DNA of 64,000 nucleotides, taken from assembly GCA_951406725.2 (NCBI GenBank), contig OX597819.1, positions 14,012,001 to 14,076,000 on the forward strand, written 5' to 3'. Source of the DNA: Octopus vulgaris. Taxonomy: Eukaryota. Made by a program: the position numbers and the translations under genes. The notes under the pieces are model-generated. The model ran no database searches, was not told where the DNA came from, and saw nothing but the letters and a program-made list of their open reading frames with translations. This document shows positions 1-12,295 of the stretch, in pieces (the stretch's first letter is position 1; every line of letters starts with the position of its first letter).

Positions 1-238
1 ATCGCCATCATCAGCGATTAATCGAGAGGAGAATTTGTAGAATGCCTGTTAAGTTTGGTTATTTTGAGCAGTGGAAAGTGTGAGGTTTCAGGCTTATGCT
101 CTTCGACTAAAACAGGACTGACATGGATGGCATGGATGGGTTAAAAATGTTCAAGCTAGTTTGACCAGAAGATGACTCTAAATAGAGAAGTATTTCATGA
201 GTGTACATACTGGCACAAAGAAGTTACCAAAGTTAAGA

Positions 239-277
239 TCTGTGTCCTATCCAAGGGGAACTTGGATAGGACACAGA
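239..277. repeat. Perfect 17-bp hairpin
   Basis: TCTGTGTCCTATCCAAG-gggaa-CTTGGATAGGACACAGA, followed by about 2.5 copies of a 28-bp unit ATGAATAATTAACATAATAAATGTCCTC. Confidence 0.9.
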
Positions 278-462
278 ATGAATAATTAACATAATAAATG
301 TCCTCATGAATAATTAACATAATAAATGTCCTCATGAATAATTAATATACAATTTTTGTAACATTAATTTCGTAAGTGAAGCAGAAATGAAAGGTAAATA
401 TTATTCTCCACATATGTGAAGAATCATCATGATTTAGAAAAACATTAGCTTACTTATTAGAT

Positions 463-810
463 GCCAGCGCCGCCTCGACTGGCTTCTGTGTCGGTGGCAC
501 GTAAAAAGCACCATCCGAATCGTGGCCAAAACCAGTGCCACCTCAACTGGCTTCCGTGCAGGTGGCACGTAAAATGCACCAATCCGACCGTGGCCGATGC
601 CAGCCTCGCCTGGCACCAGTGCAGGTGGCACGTAAAAAGCACCCACTACACTCACGGAGTGGTTGGCGTTAGGAAGGGTATCCAGCTGTAGAAACATTGC
701 CAGATAAGACCGGAGCCTGGTGCAGCCTTCTGGCTTCCCAGATCCCCGGTCGAACCGTCCAACCCATGCTAGCATGGAGAACGGACGTTAAACGATGATG
801 ATGATGATGA
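463..810 (+). mobile_element. (GAT)n-tailed retro-repeat (RTE-associated 3' end or SINE)
   Basis: Three GGTGGCACGTAAAA units, then GGTTGGCGTTAGGAAGGGTATCCAGCTGTAGAAAC, ending CCATGCTAGCATGG..GACGTTAAACGATGATGATG. Related copies at 9945-10135(-), 11398-11600(-), 14250-14400(-), 41665-41983(+), 42595-42800(-), 49756-49867(-). The RTE link is inferred. Confidence 0.7.
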
Positions 811-1206
811 TTAGAGTAAGGTGAAAGTGAAGATGTAAACATCCATGCTGGTGATTTACGTTGTGTGACTTAGCATACTTGAATGTCACAAGATGAGTTT
901 AAGGATATCCTAAAAATATGTAAATTACTTCATTATTTTTATCATGACAGTGTGAGATAATTAGGTTTATTTAGGTCAAAATAACCTAAATGGTAATACA
1001 TCTATCAACGTTAAATTAAGCCAAACAACAAAGCATCGGTGTAGATGGTTTATTGTATTTAGTTTTTAGTATGGCAGTTGTGGTTTCCAATCCAACTAGG
1101 ACCAGCTTTGAAGCTTCAGTAGTTTAAGATAATCTTTAATATAAGGAAATTAATGTTTACCTGTTTAGTGTAGTGGGCATCAAAAATCTAATTAGAAATA
1201 ATTATA

Positions 1207-1339
1207 GGCACAAGCATGGCTGTGTGGTAAGAAGGTTACTTTTCAACCACATGGTTCCGGGTTCAGTCCTACTGTGTGGCACCATGGACCTAGGGTAGAC
1301 CTTGTGAGTGGATTTAGTAGATGGAAACTAAAAGAAACC

Positions 1340-1411
<72 letters not shown>

Positions 1412-1620
1412 CTTTGTTTCTATGTTTGTCCCCCACCACTGCTTGACAACTGGTATTGGTGTGTTTAGATTCCTGTAACTTAGCAGTTCAGCAAAGGAGA
1501 CCAATGGAATGAGTGCCAAGTTTAAACTGGGGTTGATTCATTTGACTAGAAGTTCCTCAAGGTGGTGCCCCAGTATGGCCACAATCTAATTAATGACTGA
1601 AACAAGTAAAAGATAAAAGA
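1207..1620 (+). mobile_element. SINE family A (tRNA-derived head, internal TA/TG microsatellite), diverged and internally deleted
   Basis: Head TGGCTGTGTGGTAAG..GGTTCAGTCC, GTGAGTGGATTTAGTAGATGGAAACT, (TA)n(TG)n, tail TGACTGAAACAAGTAAAAGA. Confidence 0.85.
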
Positions 1621-2211
1621 TGTAGTGAAGAAGCAAGTCAATTACTAATGCCATTAGCATGCAAGGCAAATCTGGACATGTTTTGGTTTTATTAAACCTT
1701 TTCAGTGAAGCATGCACTTCTCCATAGCTACCAAAGCAGTGATGAGAGAATCGTTATATCGGTGTACCATGAGTCCTCATGAATAATTAACATACAAGCA
1801 AGTTGTCCAAAGTTGTCTGACTTATTTATCAAAGTACTTAAAATAACATTTAATCATTAACTTAATATTGTCTTTTCCTCTCTACACAAGTATTTCTAAT
1901 TAGATTTCTATTGCTCACGGTATTAAATATGTTAACACTAACTTAACTATTGTCTTCTATGCAGATGGCATTTCTAAGCAATTAATATGTGTGATTTGCT
2001 TTTATTTATTATTTATTTTTTTCAGTGTTAAATTTTTTTTCTTATCAACCAGTGTATATTATTGTATTTCTGCTCTGACATTTTCACATCATAATTTGAT
2101 ATCTGTAATTGAATGACGAGGTCTGCTAAGATTGAAATATGTCTAGTATTATCTCCCTTACTTGGTGAAATTATCATAGTATTTTTAGTTATTGAGCTAA
2201 TCAGTGTCTAA

Positions 2212-2610
2212 TCTTTATATATAAAAGTGAAGTTGTGTGTCTGTCTCCTACGATTTAGATTCCTAACTACTCCCACATTTTGCGGTGCAGTTTAACCAAA
2301 ACCGGGTATCTTATAGTCGTGATTCATATCGAGCCCTTCTGGGTATTAGCGCACGTCTACGTTGAGTCTACGATTTTAAAAATAATTTACCATCATTTTT
2401 TTCCATTTTAATGCATTTTTTTCGCTATTATATAAGGGAAGTAACTCTCTAAAAATGTCTACGATGAGTCAACGATTTAAAAAAAAAATTACCATAATTT
2501 TTTTCCATTTTTAATGCATTTTTTTTTGCTATTTTTTGGCTATAACTCTCTAAAAATGCTTTATAGTTATTTCCCTTACAAACCCGAGCAACACTGGGCA
2601 ATACTGCTAG
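2212..2610 (+). mobile_element. Non-autonomous Helitron
   Basis: A|TC 5' end, CTAG|T 3' end, subterminal GC-rich hairpin CCCGAGCAACACTGGG, no TSD; near-identical copies at 21154, 47813 and 60243. Confidence 0.88.
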
Positions 2611-3147
2611 TAATGTATAATATAATGGTTGTTGTTGTTTAGCCCTGGGTTACCCCTGTTTGAGTAGATCTATGATTAGTAACTTTCCAGCTGTGACCAA
2701 CACAATCCATTTTTTTTTTCTATTTTATTGAGATATAACATATCTAATTTATGTTTTATAAGTTATATTCTGCTACTTGTGTCCAGCACATTAGGAAGGA
2801 GATATCAGCAGATAGGAATGAGTTGTTAGGCTATAATGAGATAAGTAGAGTTGATCTTTATCCCAAGCTGCAAAGAAGGCCCTCATGGGGCTTAATATCA
2901 GAACAAGACTAAATATATGGATATGATCCACATTTATTTTTCATAATTCCCATTTTATTGTAAATAGTGTGTCTTAAAGGTTTCTTACCTTTTTGTTATG
3001 GAGTCACTTGATCTGCTAGATATAGCAAATGACTTCAATTTCTTCATATCACAACCTACCATCTTAAAGAGAAATCTCATTGGTTGATAATGTGTTTTTA
3101 GTTTAAGATGGTTGGCAGTGATATGAGGGAGTTAGGATTGGTTGCTA

Positions 3148-3273
3148 TCTCTAGCAAATTGAGTGATTCCATAAAGAAGTGGTAAGGAACCCCTTACCTG
3201 TATTCAAGTTCTCTAGCAGATTGAGTGACTCCATAAAGAAGGGGGTAAGGAACCTCTTACCTGTATTCAAGTT
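3148..3273. repeat. Tandem duplication, about 62 bp x2
   Basis: TCTCTAGCA.ATTGAGTGA.TCCATAAAGAAG..GGTAAGGAACC.CTTACCTGTATTCAAGTT twice. Confidence 0.85.
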
Positions 3274-3357
3274 TCAAATCATCCGTTTATGAAGGGTCTA
3301 AAAATCCTCTGGGAAAGAACAGTTTAAGCCTTGAGATCAATTTCAAGTACACAGTTT

Positions 3358-3627
3358 AATGGTACAAACTTTGCAATATGTGTTTGATGGTGGAAACAAA
3401 ATTTCCATTCAAATGGAAATTACCAGACGATTTTCAGTTCGAGTCCAACCATTTTAAGTCGTAGTGGAAACCCGACCTATGTCGCAAATAGACATACGAA
3501 TATTGTATAAATTTTATGATTGAAAAATTTACTATATTTTGCACATACAATTACGGCAACCTGCAGGTGCAGTAAAATGGGCTCATGAGCACAATTGCGC
3601 CCATGGGCAGGGGTTTCTCCACCCTTG
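3358..3627. mobile_element. Truncated copy of the hAT-type MITE at 24447-24958
   Basis: Shares ACCATTTTAAGTCGTAGTGGAAAC.CGACCTATGTCGCAAATAG with 24800-24845; ends in TIR-like CCACCCTTG. Confidence 0.7.
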
Positions 3628-3660
3628 ATTTAAAGTCTGTTTTAGAAACACTTTTTTTTC

Positions 3661-3860
3661 TTTTCTTTTACTTGTTTCAGTCATTTGACTGTAGCCATGC
3701 TGGAGCACCACCTTTAGTCAAAGAAATCAACCCCAGTACTTATTCTTTGTAAGTCTAGTACTTATTCTATCGGTCTGTTTTGCCGAACTACTAAGTTACA
3801 TTGACATAAACACGCCAACATTGGTTGTCAAGAAATGGTGGGGGGACAAACACACACACG

Positions 3861-3896
<36 letters not shown>

Positions 3897-4064
3897 TATA
3901 TAAACACGGTGGACTTCTTTCAGTTTCCGTCTACCAAATCCACTCACAAGGCTTTGGTTAGCCTGAGGCTATAGCAGAAGACTTGCTTAAAGGGCCTCAC
4001 AATGGGACTGAACCCAGGACCATGTTGGGAAGCAGGCTTCTTACCACACAGCCACATCTGTGCC
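3661..4064 (-). mobile_element. SINE family A, CpG-decayed
   Basis: Reverse complement of the family A consensus with many CG>TG/CA changes; a 22-bp head segment is tandemly repeated to about 4111. Confidence 0.85.
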
Positions 4065-4127
4065 TATACACAGTGACATCTGGGCCTATACACAGCCTCA
4101 TCTGCGCTTATAAAACAGTATTAACAC

Positions 4128-4180
4128 CTCCCTGGTAGGGAATCGAACCCTGGTCTCCTGCGTGACAAACAGGGATACTT
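4128..4180 (-). pseudogene. 5'-truncated tRNA-Asp(GTC) pseudogene
   Basis: Minus strand AAGTATCCCTGTTTGTCACGCAGGAGACCAGGGTTCGATTCCCTACCAGGGAG matches eukaryotic tRNA-Asp from the D-loop onward, with CpG-type transitions; the 5' acceptor strand is missing. Confidence 0.8.
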
Positions 4181-5189
4181 AGCACAGGTTTCTTTCAGTT
4201 TCCATCTTCCAAATCCACTCACAAGACTTTGGTTGCCCCAAGGCTATAGTTGAAGATACTTTCCCAAGGAGCCATCCTGTAAGATTGAACCCAGAACCAC
4301 ATGACTAGGAAGCGAACTTCTTACCACACAGCCAAGCATATTTGTTTATATTTGTAATTACTTAATTAGAGTAATTACAATTATTGTTTAAAACATGGAA
4401 ATCTGGAGAAATTGTTGAATAGATAAAAAGAAGAATAAACTTATAAGGTTTTAGTGGGGCACTGCCCACAACTGTGTAGTAAGAACCTTGCTTCTGAACC
4501 ACATCGTTATGGGTTCAGTCCCACTGTATGGCACCTTGGGTAAGTGTCTTCTTTTATAACTCAGGCTCATATATTACTGTAACGATTAGTAGGACATGTC
4601 AGTCTTCATTACATCACTCAGTTGATGTTGTTTAGTTCCAGGTCAGGCCTGACCGAGCAGACCGATGGCTAAAAGCATTCAATTCAGTTGCAGCCATCAT
4701 CATCATCATGATCACCATCATCTTTTGTACTAACCGTTCTTTCTTCCTCTCTCTCTCTCTCTCTCTTAAACAATACTGTTTTTCTTTGTGCATCTCCCCT
4801 ACCACTGTTTACCACCCACACCTCTCTTGTCTTCCACTAAACCACCATAGCCCCACCCACCCACCCACACCACCACTACCACCACCACCTCCTCCTCCTC
4901 CTCCTCCACAACCTGCATAACCATCTTTTCTTATCCATCTCTCATTTCTCTTGAGATCAATAAACACACAGACTTCCATCCAAAGTCCTAAAAGACCAAT
5001 TTATCCAAGCTTTTACAAAGCCCCTCCCCTCTTTGTTTCATTTACTTAACAAGTATTTCATTCATGACAAACAGACAGACCCACCCACGCCAACCACCAA
5101 TCACTTAGCACAAACCCCTTATTTTTATCTGCACAGATGCTTTCCATTTCCTGGGTTCTGTTTTGCCGTTGGCAGCTTTCAACCATTTA

Positions 5190-5520
5190 CACATCATCAT
5201 CACCATCATCATCATCATCATCATCATCATCACCATCATCACCATCATCACCATCACCATCATCATCACCACCATCAACAGCAATGTTTAAATGATTGCC
5301 ATTGCCATTGTTGCCATCATCATCTACACCATTACCACTGCCACTCCTTGAATGACCACCACTATTGTCATTGCTGTTGTCATCGTCATCATCATCATCA
5401 TCACCAATGGAATTACCTAAGTCCCACAGCTACCCACTACTACTACTACTGCTGCTGCTGCTGTTACTACTACTACTACTCCAAGAATTGCCATCATTAT
5501 CATCATTATAACCAATACCA
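5190..5520. repeat. (CAT/CAC)n and (TAC/TGC)n microsatellite tract
   Basis: Direct reading; accounts for the poly-His ORF 5033..5563. Confidence 0.95.
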
Positions 5521-5632
5521 CTATCAAAAACAAAATTATCAGTTTGTAAAAATGAATGTCTGAATGCATATGTTGATAATTTGCTGCATGCATGTCTGTA
5601 GTAATATGTGCAGAAATATATGCGTTCATATA

Positions 5633-5865
5633 TATTTCTTTACTGCCCACAAGGGGCTAAACACAGAGGGGACAAACAAGGACAGACATAGGTATTAAGT
5701 CGATTGCATCGACTCCAGTGCGTAACTGGTACTTAATTTATCGACCCCGAAAGGATGAAAGGCAAAGTCGACCACGACGGAATTTGAACTCAGAGCGTAA
5801 CGGCGGACGAAATACGGTTACGCATTTCGCCCGGCGTGCTAACGTTTCTGCCAGCTCGCCGCCTT
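5633..5865 (-). mobile_element. SINE family B, full length
   Basis: A box GAGCTGGCAGAAACGTTAG, B box GAGTTCAAATTCC, body GTCGACTTTGCCTTTCATCCTTTCGGGGTCGATAAA, tail GCCCCTTGTGGGCAGTAAAGAAAT; TSD ATATGCGTTCATATAT on both sides. Confidence 0.92.
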
Positions 5866-5954
5866 AATATGCGTTCATATATCTGCATGTTTCTCTTTGA
5901 AGTGTTTATGTAAGTTCGATCATATTTTATCATATAACACACACACTCATGCAC

Positions 5955-6229
5955 CAGGGCTGTGGAGTCAGAGTCAGAAACAATTAAGGGATAAGTTAGA
6001 GTCGGTAAAACTATGCTGATTGCGACTCTGACTCATGATATCTTTATTCTTTAATATAAACCAGTTATAACATAAATGCCTACTCAGAGTACAAGCGTAT
6101 GCATATGCTTTATGAGATATGTAGGCCACAATCAATTACATAAAGAGGAGTCGGAATTGGATTCAGAGGTGCCAATAGTACAGGAGTCAGAGTCAGGGTC
6201 GAAGTTTTTTGTTTCAACTCCACAGCTAC
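5955..6229. mobile_element. MITE with GGAGTC subterminal repeats (hAT-like)
   Basis: CAGGGCTGTGGAGT...ACTCCACAGC inverted termini and internal GAGTCR repeats. Confidence 0.6.
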
Positions 6230-6237
6230 CTCTCTCT

Positions 6238-6273
<36 letters not shown>

Positions 6274-7089
6274 ATCATCATCACCGTCATTTTATGCCTG
6301 CTTTCCTGGCTGGCATGGGTTGGACAGGCCGTCAGTTCTTATTTGAAGTTACTACTCTCCTACATGGTTTAGGGACCACATCTTATGCATCGATGTCATT
6401 TATGGCTTGGTGTTGCTGCCTGATTGCCCTTCCTAATGTTAACCATTTTACAAACTGTACTAGGTACACGTTGTTGTGTCACTAGTCCTGGTTGGGTTGT
6501 CTTATCCCTGGCAAGACTACAGTGGCTCTCTCATATTATCTTTGTTCATTCATTCAGTAGCACTAGAGAGATTGTCTTGTCTCCAGTAAATGTAGAAAGA
6601 GCTCCTCCATCAAGCAGTATCTGTGTTCATTTCTTCCTTTCATTCCCATGCAACTGCATGGGGATAAAAAAAAAAAAGGGTCCATAGTAAATGGGTAATA
6701 GAAGAAAGAGGAACCAGAGTGAGAAGAGGAGAGTCAGCTACATCAGAGTTGTTGGTAAGGAGATCGAGTAGAAACTACAGGATTGGGAGAGTGATGTGTG
6801 ATGATGAGAGCAAGAAGTAACAGAGCAGAGGGAATGGTGATACAGCTCTATGATGGTTGATGGTAAGGAAATTGAACAGAAGCAGCATGGACGATGAGTA
6901 GAAAGATTGACAGGAAGGCATAATGTGTGTGAGAAAGAAAGAGAGAGAGAGAGAGAGAGTAAACAAAGATGGGGGTCGAAAGAGAGGACTTATTAAGACT
7001 AGTGGTATGATGGGATTGAGGGTAATTAGTAGAGACTGCTTTCACCACTTCACTCATCAATTTGTCTGCTTTTCTGTGGTTTCCTGAGT

Positions 7090-7680
7090 TGTGTAGCCCT
7101 TCTCCTACACTGTGTTTTGCCACTTGTTGTGGTCCTTTGTAAGGTTCAACCTCTTGCGATCAATCTTCTCTCTACTTCATCTGATATCTTCCTTGGTCTT
7201 CTTCTTCCACCTTTCATAAATACACCATATGCTTGCACCCTTGAAGCCTTCTCTCTTCTAAACTACATCCAATTCCTCTTTTATCAAGTTTTCCTCTCAG
7301 CACATTCCACTGTTACACATTCTGCAGAACCTGATCATCTCATTTCTTTCCTACCTATTTCTTTACTACCCACCAGGGGCTAAACATAGAGAGGACAAAC
7401 AAGGACAGGCAAACGGATTAAGTCGATTATATTGAACCCAGTGCATAACTAGTACTTATTTAATCGACCCCGAAAGGATGAAAGGCAAAGTTGACTTCAG
7501 CGGAATTTGAACTCAGAACGTAACGGCAAACGAAATACGGCTCCGCATTTCGCCCAGCGTGCTAACGTTTCTGCCAGCTCGCTGCCTTCATTTCTTTCCT
7601 ACCATTTACAAATCCCCTCATCCAAGCCCCACATTTTACTGCCATGCAGCATTACATTTTATTCACAAGCACCCACCCTT
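7090..7680 (-). mobile_element. Decayed RTE LINE, C-terminal RT fragment
   Basis: Minus strand reads GGRRRPRKISDEVEKIDRKRLNLTKDHNKWQNTV, like the RTE GRPxKTW..DR..WR motif, with MLHGSxxW-like remnant near 7625-7655; split by a family B SINE. Confidence 0.6.
7356..7588 (-). mobile_element. SINE family B inserted in the RTE fragment
   Basis: Full consensus match; TSD CATTTCTTTCCTACC at 7341 and 7589. Confidence 0.9.
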
Positions 7681-7940
7681 TAATCCACCTCCACTTTGAT
7701 AGAGAGCCCCTTCAACATCTTCCACATCTCCTTCTTATGCTACTTGTTCAGAGCATCCCTCTCTATTGTTAATCAGCTGTCAATGTCCAACCAGTGAAGG
7801 GGATCTTTCAAGCACATGCAGGTTCACTTGAGGCTGTCATGATATTTTAGGTTACATCCCAAAACTGATATCTGACATTTATAGCACAAGCCTACATGTT
7901 GCACAGAACTATACAGTTGAGAGAGTCAATCGTGATATAT

Positions 7941-8170
7941 GCGAGCTGGCAGAATCGTTAGCACGCCGGGCAAAATGCTTATCTGTATTTCGTCTGCCGC
8001 TACGTTCTGAGTTCAAATTCCGCTGAGGTCGACTTTGCCTTTCATCCTTTCGGGGTCGATTAAATAAGTACCAGTTACGTACTGGGGTCAATATAATCGA
8101 CTTAATCTGTTTGTCTGTCATTGTTTGTCCTCTCTGTATTGAGCCCCTTGTGGGTAGTAAAGAAAGAGAT
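7941..8170 (+). mobile_element. SINE family B
   Basis: Consensus match; GATATATGC repeated at both flanks. Confidence 0.88.
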
Positions 8171-8401
8171 ATATGCCTCATGTATATATCTTATTGATCT
8201 CAAAGACAGGAATTGCAAAATTTCAATATTTAGAATGATTGCTGGTATTGTCATGTAATAAGAAGTTTACTTAACAATCAAATGGTTCCAGGTTCAGTTC
8301 CACCACACAGTACCTTGAGCAACTGATTCAATGATAGCCTTAGCTGGATCTAAACCAGAACTCCATCAAATGGACTTTTTTTTTTTCTTTTTGAGTTGTA
8401 T

Positions 8402-8799
8402 ACTCTCTTTTACTTGTTTCAGTCATTTGACTGCGGCCATGCTGGAGCACCGCCTTTAGTTGAGCAAATCGACCCCGGAACTTATTCTTTGTAAGCCCAG
8501 TACTTATTCTATCGGTCTCTTTTGCCGAATTGCTAAGTGACGGGGACGTAAACACACACCAGCATCGGTTGTCAGGCAATGCTAGGGGGACAAACACAGA
8601 CACACACACACACACACATATATATATACATATATACGACAGGCTTCTTTCAGTTTCCGTCTACCAAATCCACTCACAAGGCATTGGTCAGCCTGGGGCT
8701 ATAGTAGAAGACACTTGCCCAAGATGCCACGCAGTGGTACTGAACCCAGAACCATGTGGTCGGTTAGCAAGCTACTAACCACACAGCCACTCCTGCGCC
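8402..8799 (-). mobile_element. SINE family A, full length
   Basis: Consensus match including the internal microsatellite. Confidence 0.9.
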
Positions 8800-8929
8800 T
8801 ATCCCTAAATTATGAATGTGCAAAGACTGCTCTTCTCTTTCTCATGAAGCCATGAGAAAGAATAAAAAGTGAGATTCAAACTGCGAGGGTGGGGTGGGAG
8901 CAGAGGGAAAGGGAAGAAGAGTTGGGGAG

Positions 8930-9130
8930 TGAATACCCTATCTTCCCTGCCATCATATTTTCCATTTAAACCCCGAACAATATCCCACTTTCTGTGTCCA
9001 TCTGCACAATTAAGACCTGCTCTGATAACATCAGGGAAATAGAACAACAACATATGGCAGATCTAGACAAACTCCATTGTCCATTTTCGGTACACTTGAA
9101 CACTGTAAAAAATACTTGGAGAATTCTTAA
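8930..9130 (+). mobile_element. Highly decayed CR1/L2-type RT fragment
   Basis: FSI*TPNNIPLSVSICTIKTCSDNI..ADLDKL..LNTVK resembles FxIYINDLP..IKLYADD..DLDKL..LNxxK. Confidence 0.4.
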
Positions 9131-9267
9131 TGTGCCTTGATGGGACAAGTAATTCATAGCACATGTTTGTTTTTTCTTTTTGAAAACTGTGGCTGTATGT
9201 GTTTGTGTGTGTGTGTGTACAGGGATATATTTCTTGTTCTTACGTGAACTTGTTTGTGCAGTGTGTA

Positions 9268-9309
<42 letters not shown>

Positions 9310-9390
9310 TAAAATATAGATATCATTATTATTATTATCATTATTATTATTATTACTAATAAATAATTATAATATAAGTGGCCAGCAAGC

Positions 9391-9559
9391 ATAAAAGAGT
9401 AAATCCATAAAATTTATATTTAATTAATAATTATAATTGAGGGTACACGGTGGTTTATTAGAGTATCTTTTTACTCTTATTTACAGCAATGCTGGTGCCT
9501 CATGTACCCTCAACTATAATTATTAATTAAATATTAAACTTACGGATTTACCCTTTTAT
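9391..9559. repeat. Inverted repeat element (about 57-bp arms) beside a TA tract
   Basis: ATAAAAGAGTAAATCC..TTGAGGGTACA (9391-9447) versus TGTACCCTCAA..GGATTTACCCTTTTAT (9503-9559). Confidence 0.8.
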
Positions 9560-10189
9560 TATATATGTATATATGTTTGTATGTATGTATGTATGTCAGT
9601 CATTGTTCAGTTTTATTTCAAGATTACTTGCCAACAGAGAAAGAGCCGGTTTCTAACCTTGATCCAAGGCTCCTTCATTGAAATTTCAACATCAACAACA
9701 GGGTATTTTTGTTTGTATGTATGTATGTTTGTAATGTTTTGCTTTAAGTATGTATTCTCATGCATATAGTTGCATATCTAGACATGCTCATATATATTTA
9801 AATGGTAAACTTCTGGAAAGTTTTACAGATTTTTACAGTTCCAGTGATGGATTGGATCTGTAGATGTTGAATCAGCTTTCTCCTTTCTGATTCTGAGAAA
9901 CATGGATTTAAAACACTGGATGATGCTGCTGATGATGATAATGATGAATCCTCATGATCATCATCGTTTAACATCCATCTTCCATGCATGCATGGGTAGG
10001 ATGGTTCACAGGAGCTGGCCCGGTAGAAAATCTACTCAAGGCTACTGTGTCTGTTTTAGCAGGGATTTTGCATTTGGGTGCCCTTCCTAACACCAACCAC
10101 TCTGCAGAGTGCTTTTTACGTGGTACTAGCACAGGTGAAGTTAGCTTTAGCAAGATTAATTATGATGGTAATGATAATAATAATAATAA

Positions 10190-10877
10190 TACATAAAATA
10201 CAGAATAGACAACACAGCAGAAAGTGATAAGTGCAGAATCTGTGGACAAAACAGTGAAACCGTATGGCATATTACCAGCCAATGTACACCACTAGCCCAG
10301 AAGGAATATAAGAGATGCCATGACAATATAGCCAGGCTTGTCTATTGGACACTTTGCAACAAGTATGGACTTGACAGAGCAAAAAATTGGTACAACCACA
10401 AACCTGAAGACATCGTCGAAAATAGAAATGCAAAGATCCTATGGGATTTTATGATCCAGTGTGACCATGAGATAGAGAATAGGAAACCAGACATAGTTTC
10501 TTGAGAAAGAAAACAAACTATGCTGAATCATAGATATAGCATGCCCAGCTGACAACAAGGTATGCGATAAGGAAGAAAGAAAAGTTGAGAGATATGACAG
10601 GTTAGCTTGGGAAGTTAAGCAGTTGTGGTCAAGGAAAAAGGTAGCAGTAGTACCAATAATTGTTGGAGCCCTGGGAACAGTGAGCAAAAATCTCGAGAAA
10701 TACGTGAAACAAATAGGGACTGCAATAAGGGTGGAGCACTTGCAGAAAACAGCACTGCTTGGAACCGCTCGAATACTCTGGAAGGTGCTCGAAAAATAAG
10801 AGGTGTTACCTTAGTTCACTGGTAGTGAACAGCTGATACTGTAATACATCTCCAGTGTTAGGAGCTGTGCAAAGGCA
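10190..10877 (+). mobile_element. 5'-truncated Dong/R4-clade non-LTR retrotransposon (CCHC knuckle and restriction-like endonuclease)
   Basis: KCRICGQNSETVWHITSQC..HDNIA..ILWDFMIQCDHEIENRKPDIV (frameshift) IIDIACPAD..K..RY..VPIIVGALGTV..LQKTALLGTARIL, stop at 10797-10799; flanked by (TAA)n on both sides. Confidence 0.92.
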
Positions 10878-10901
10878 ATAATAATGATAATAATAATAAT
10901 A

Positions 10902-11190
10902 ATTTCTTTATTAGCCACAAGGCCATAGCTGAGGGGGTGGGCATCACAAGGACAGACAACATAAAGGGTGAGGAGAAAGCAATGGAAAAGATGGTGAAAT
11001 GCGATAAAAATAGATATAATATACAAGGTGAATCCTAACGAAGAAATGTCTGAATGTTTGTAAAGCCCTTTCATGGAAGAAAGAAAACCAGGAAAGAAGG
11101 TTAAAATATAAAATCCAAGAAGTTGGCTGCATTGACAGTTGGAGCTTGTGAGGAAGAAATAATAATGAAAGAACTCCATTGTCAGTTAAA
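10902..11190 (-). mobile_element. Putative LINE 3' UTR fragment with a family B-like tail
   Basis: Ends TGTCTGTCCTTGT..CCTTGTGGCTAATAAAGAAATT(ATT)n like the SINE B tail, but has an unrelated body. Confidence 0.5.
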
Positions 11191-11862
11191 GGGACAGATC
11201 TAAAGGCTTTCTTCCAGGTGTGGTTGTGTGGTTAAGATATTAGCTTCCCAATCACATAGTTTCAGGTTCAATCATACTGCATGGCACCTTGAGTAAGTGG
11301 CTTCTTCTCCTGTAGCCCCTGGTTGATCAAAGCCTGATCAAAGCCTTGTGAATGGATTTGGTAGACAAAGTCTGAAAACAGCCCTTTGTGTGTATATCAT
11401 CATCATCATCATCATGTAATGTCCTCCGTCCATGCTGGGGCATGGGACACACAGTTTGACAGAAGCTGGTTATCCAGACAATTGTATTAAGCTCTACTCT
11501 CTGCTTTGTCACAGTTCCTATGGCGGGATGCCTTTGCTAACATGGACCACGTTACTGAGTGTACTGGGTGCTTTTTATGTGACACCAGCACCAACAAGGT
11601 CACCAAAACAAGACCCCCTCAGTTATATATATATATGTGCGGGTGTGTGTGTATGTATCTATCTTCTTCTCTTGACATCACATGGCTGTTGTAAACGAGT
11701 GTCACTGTCATACATGCAGTGTCAATCATTTCCAACCATTCTGTGTGAATGTGTCTGGTCATAGAAAACCTGCCTCAAAAAACTCAGTCTGACCCATGCA
11801 AAGATGGAAAAGTGGGCTTCAAAACAATGTTGATGGCAGATAACAATGATTATATACATATA

Positions 11863-12027
11863 GGCGCAGGAGTGGCTGTGTGGTAAGTAGTTTGCTAACC
11901 AACCACATGGTTCCGGGTTCAGTCCCACTGCGTGGCATCTTGGGCAAGTGTCTTCTGCTATAACCTTGGGCCGACCAAAGCCTTGTGAGTGGATTTGGTA
12001 GACGGAAACTGAAAGAAGCCTGTCGTA

Positions 12028-12084
<57 letters not shown>

Positions 12085-12295
12085 ATATGTTTGTCTGTGC
12101 TTGTCTCTCTAGCATTGCTTGACAACCGATGCTGGTGTGTTTACATCCCCGTCACTTAGCGGTTCGGCAAAAGAGACCGATAGAATAAGTACTGGGCTTA
12201 CAAAGAATAAGTCCCGGGGTCGATTTGCTTGACTGAAGGCGGTGCTCCAGCATGGCCGCAGTCAAATGACTGAAACAAGTAAAAGAGTAAAGAGT
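11863..12295 (+). mobile_element. SINE family A, young full-length copy
   Basis: GGCGCAGGAGTGGCTGTGTGGTAAG..GGTTCAGTCCC..CTTGGGCAAGTGTCTT (CORE-like)..(TA)n(TG)n..GGCGGTGCTCCAGCATGGCCGCAGTCAAATGACTGAAACAAGTAAAAGAG. Confidence 0.93.

Noticed and set aside
1-20. Minus-strand CTGATGA at the window edge
   Set aside because: The rest of any motif would lie outside the window, so it cannot be evaluated
5033-5563. His-rich protein
   Set aside because: (CAT)n microsatellite with no splice or domain support
10404-10425. CTGAAGA..GAAA as a hammerhead
   Set aside because: Lies in Dong coding sequence; no stem III, UH site or stem I
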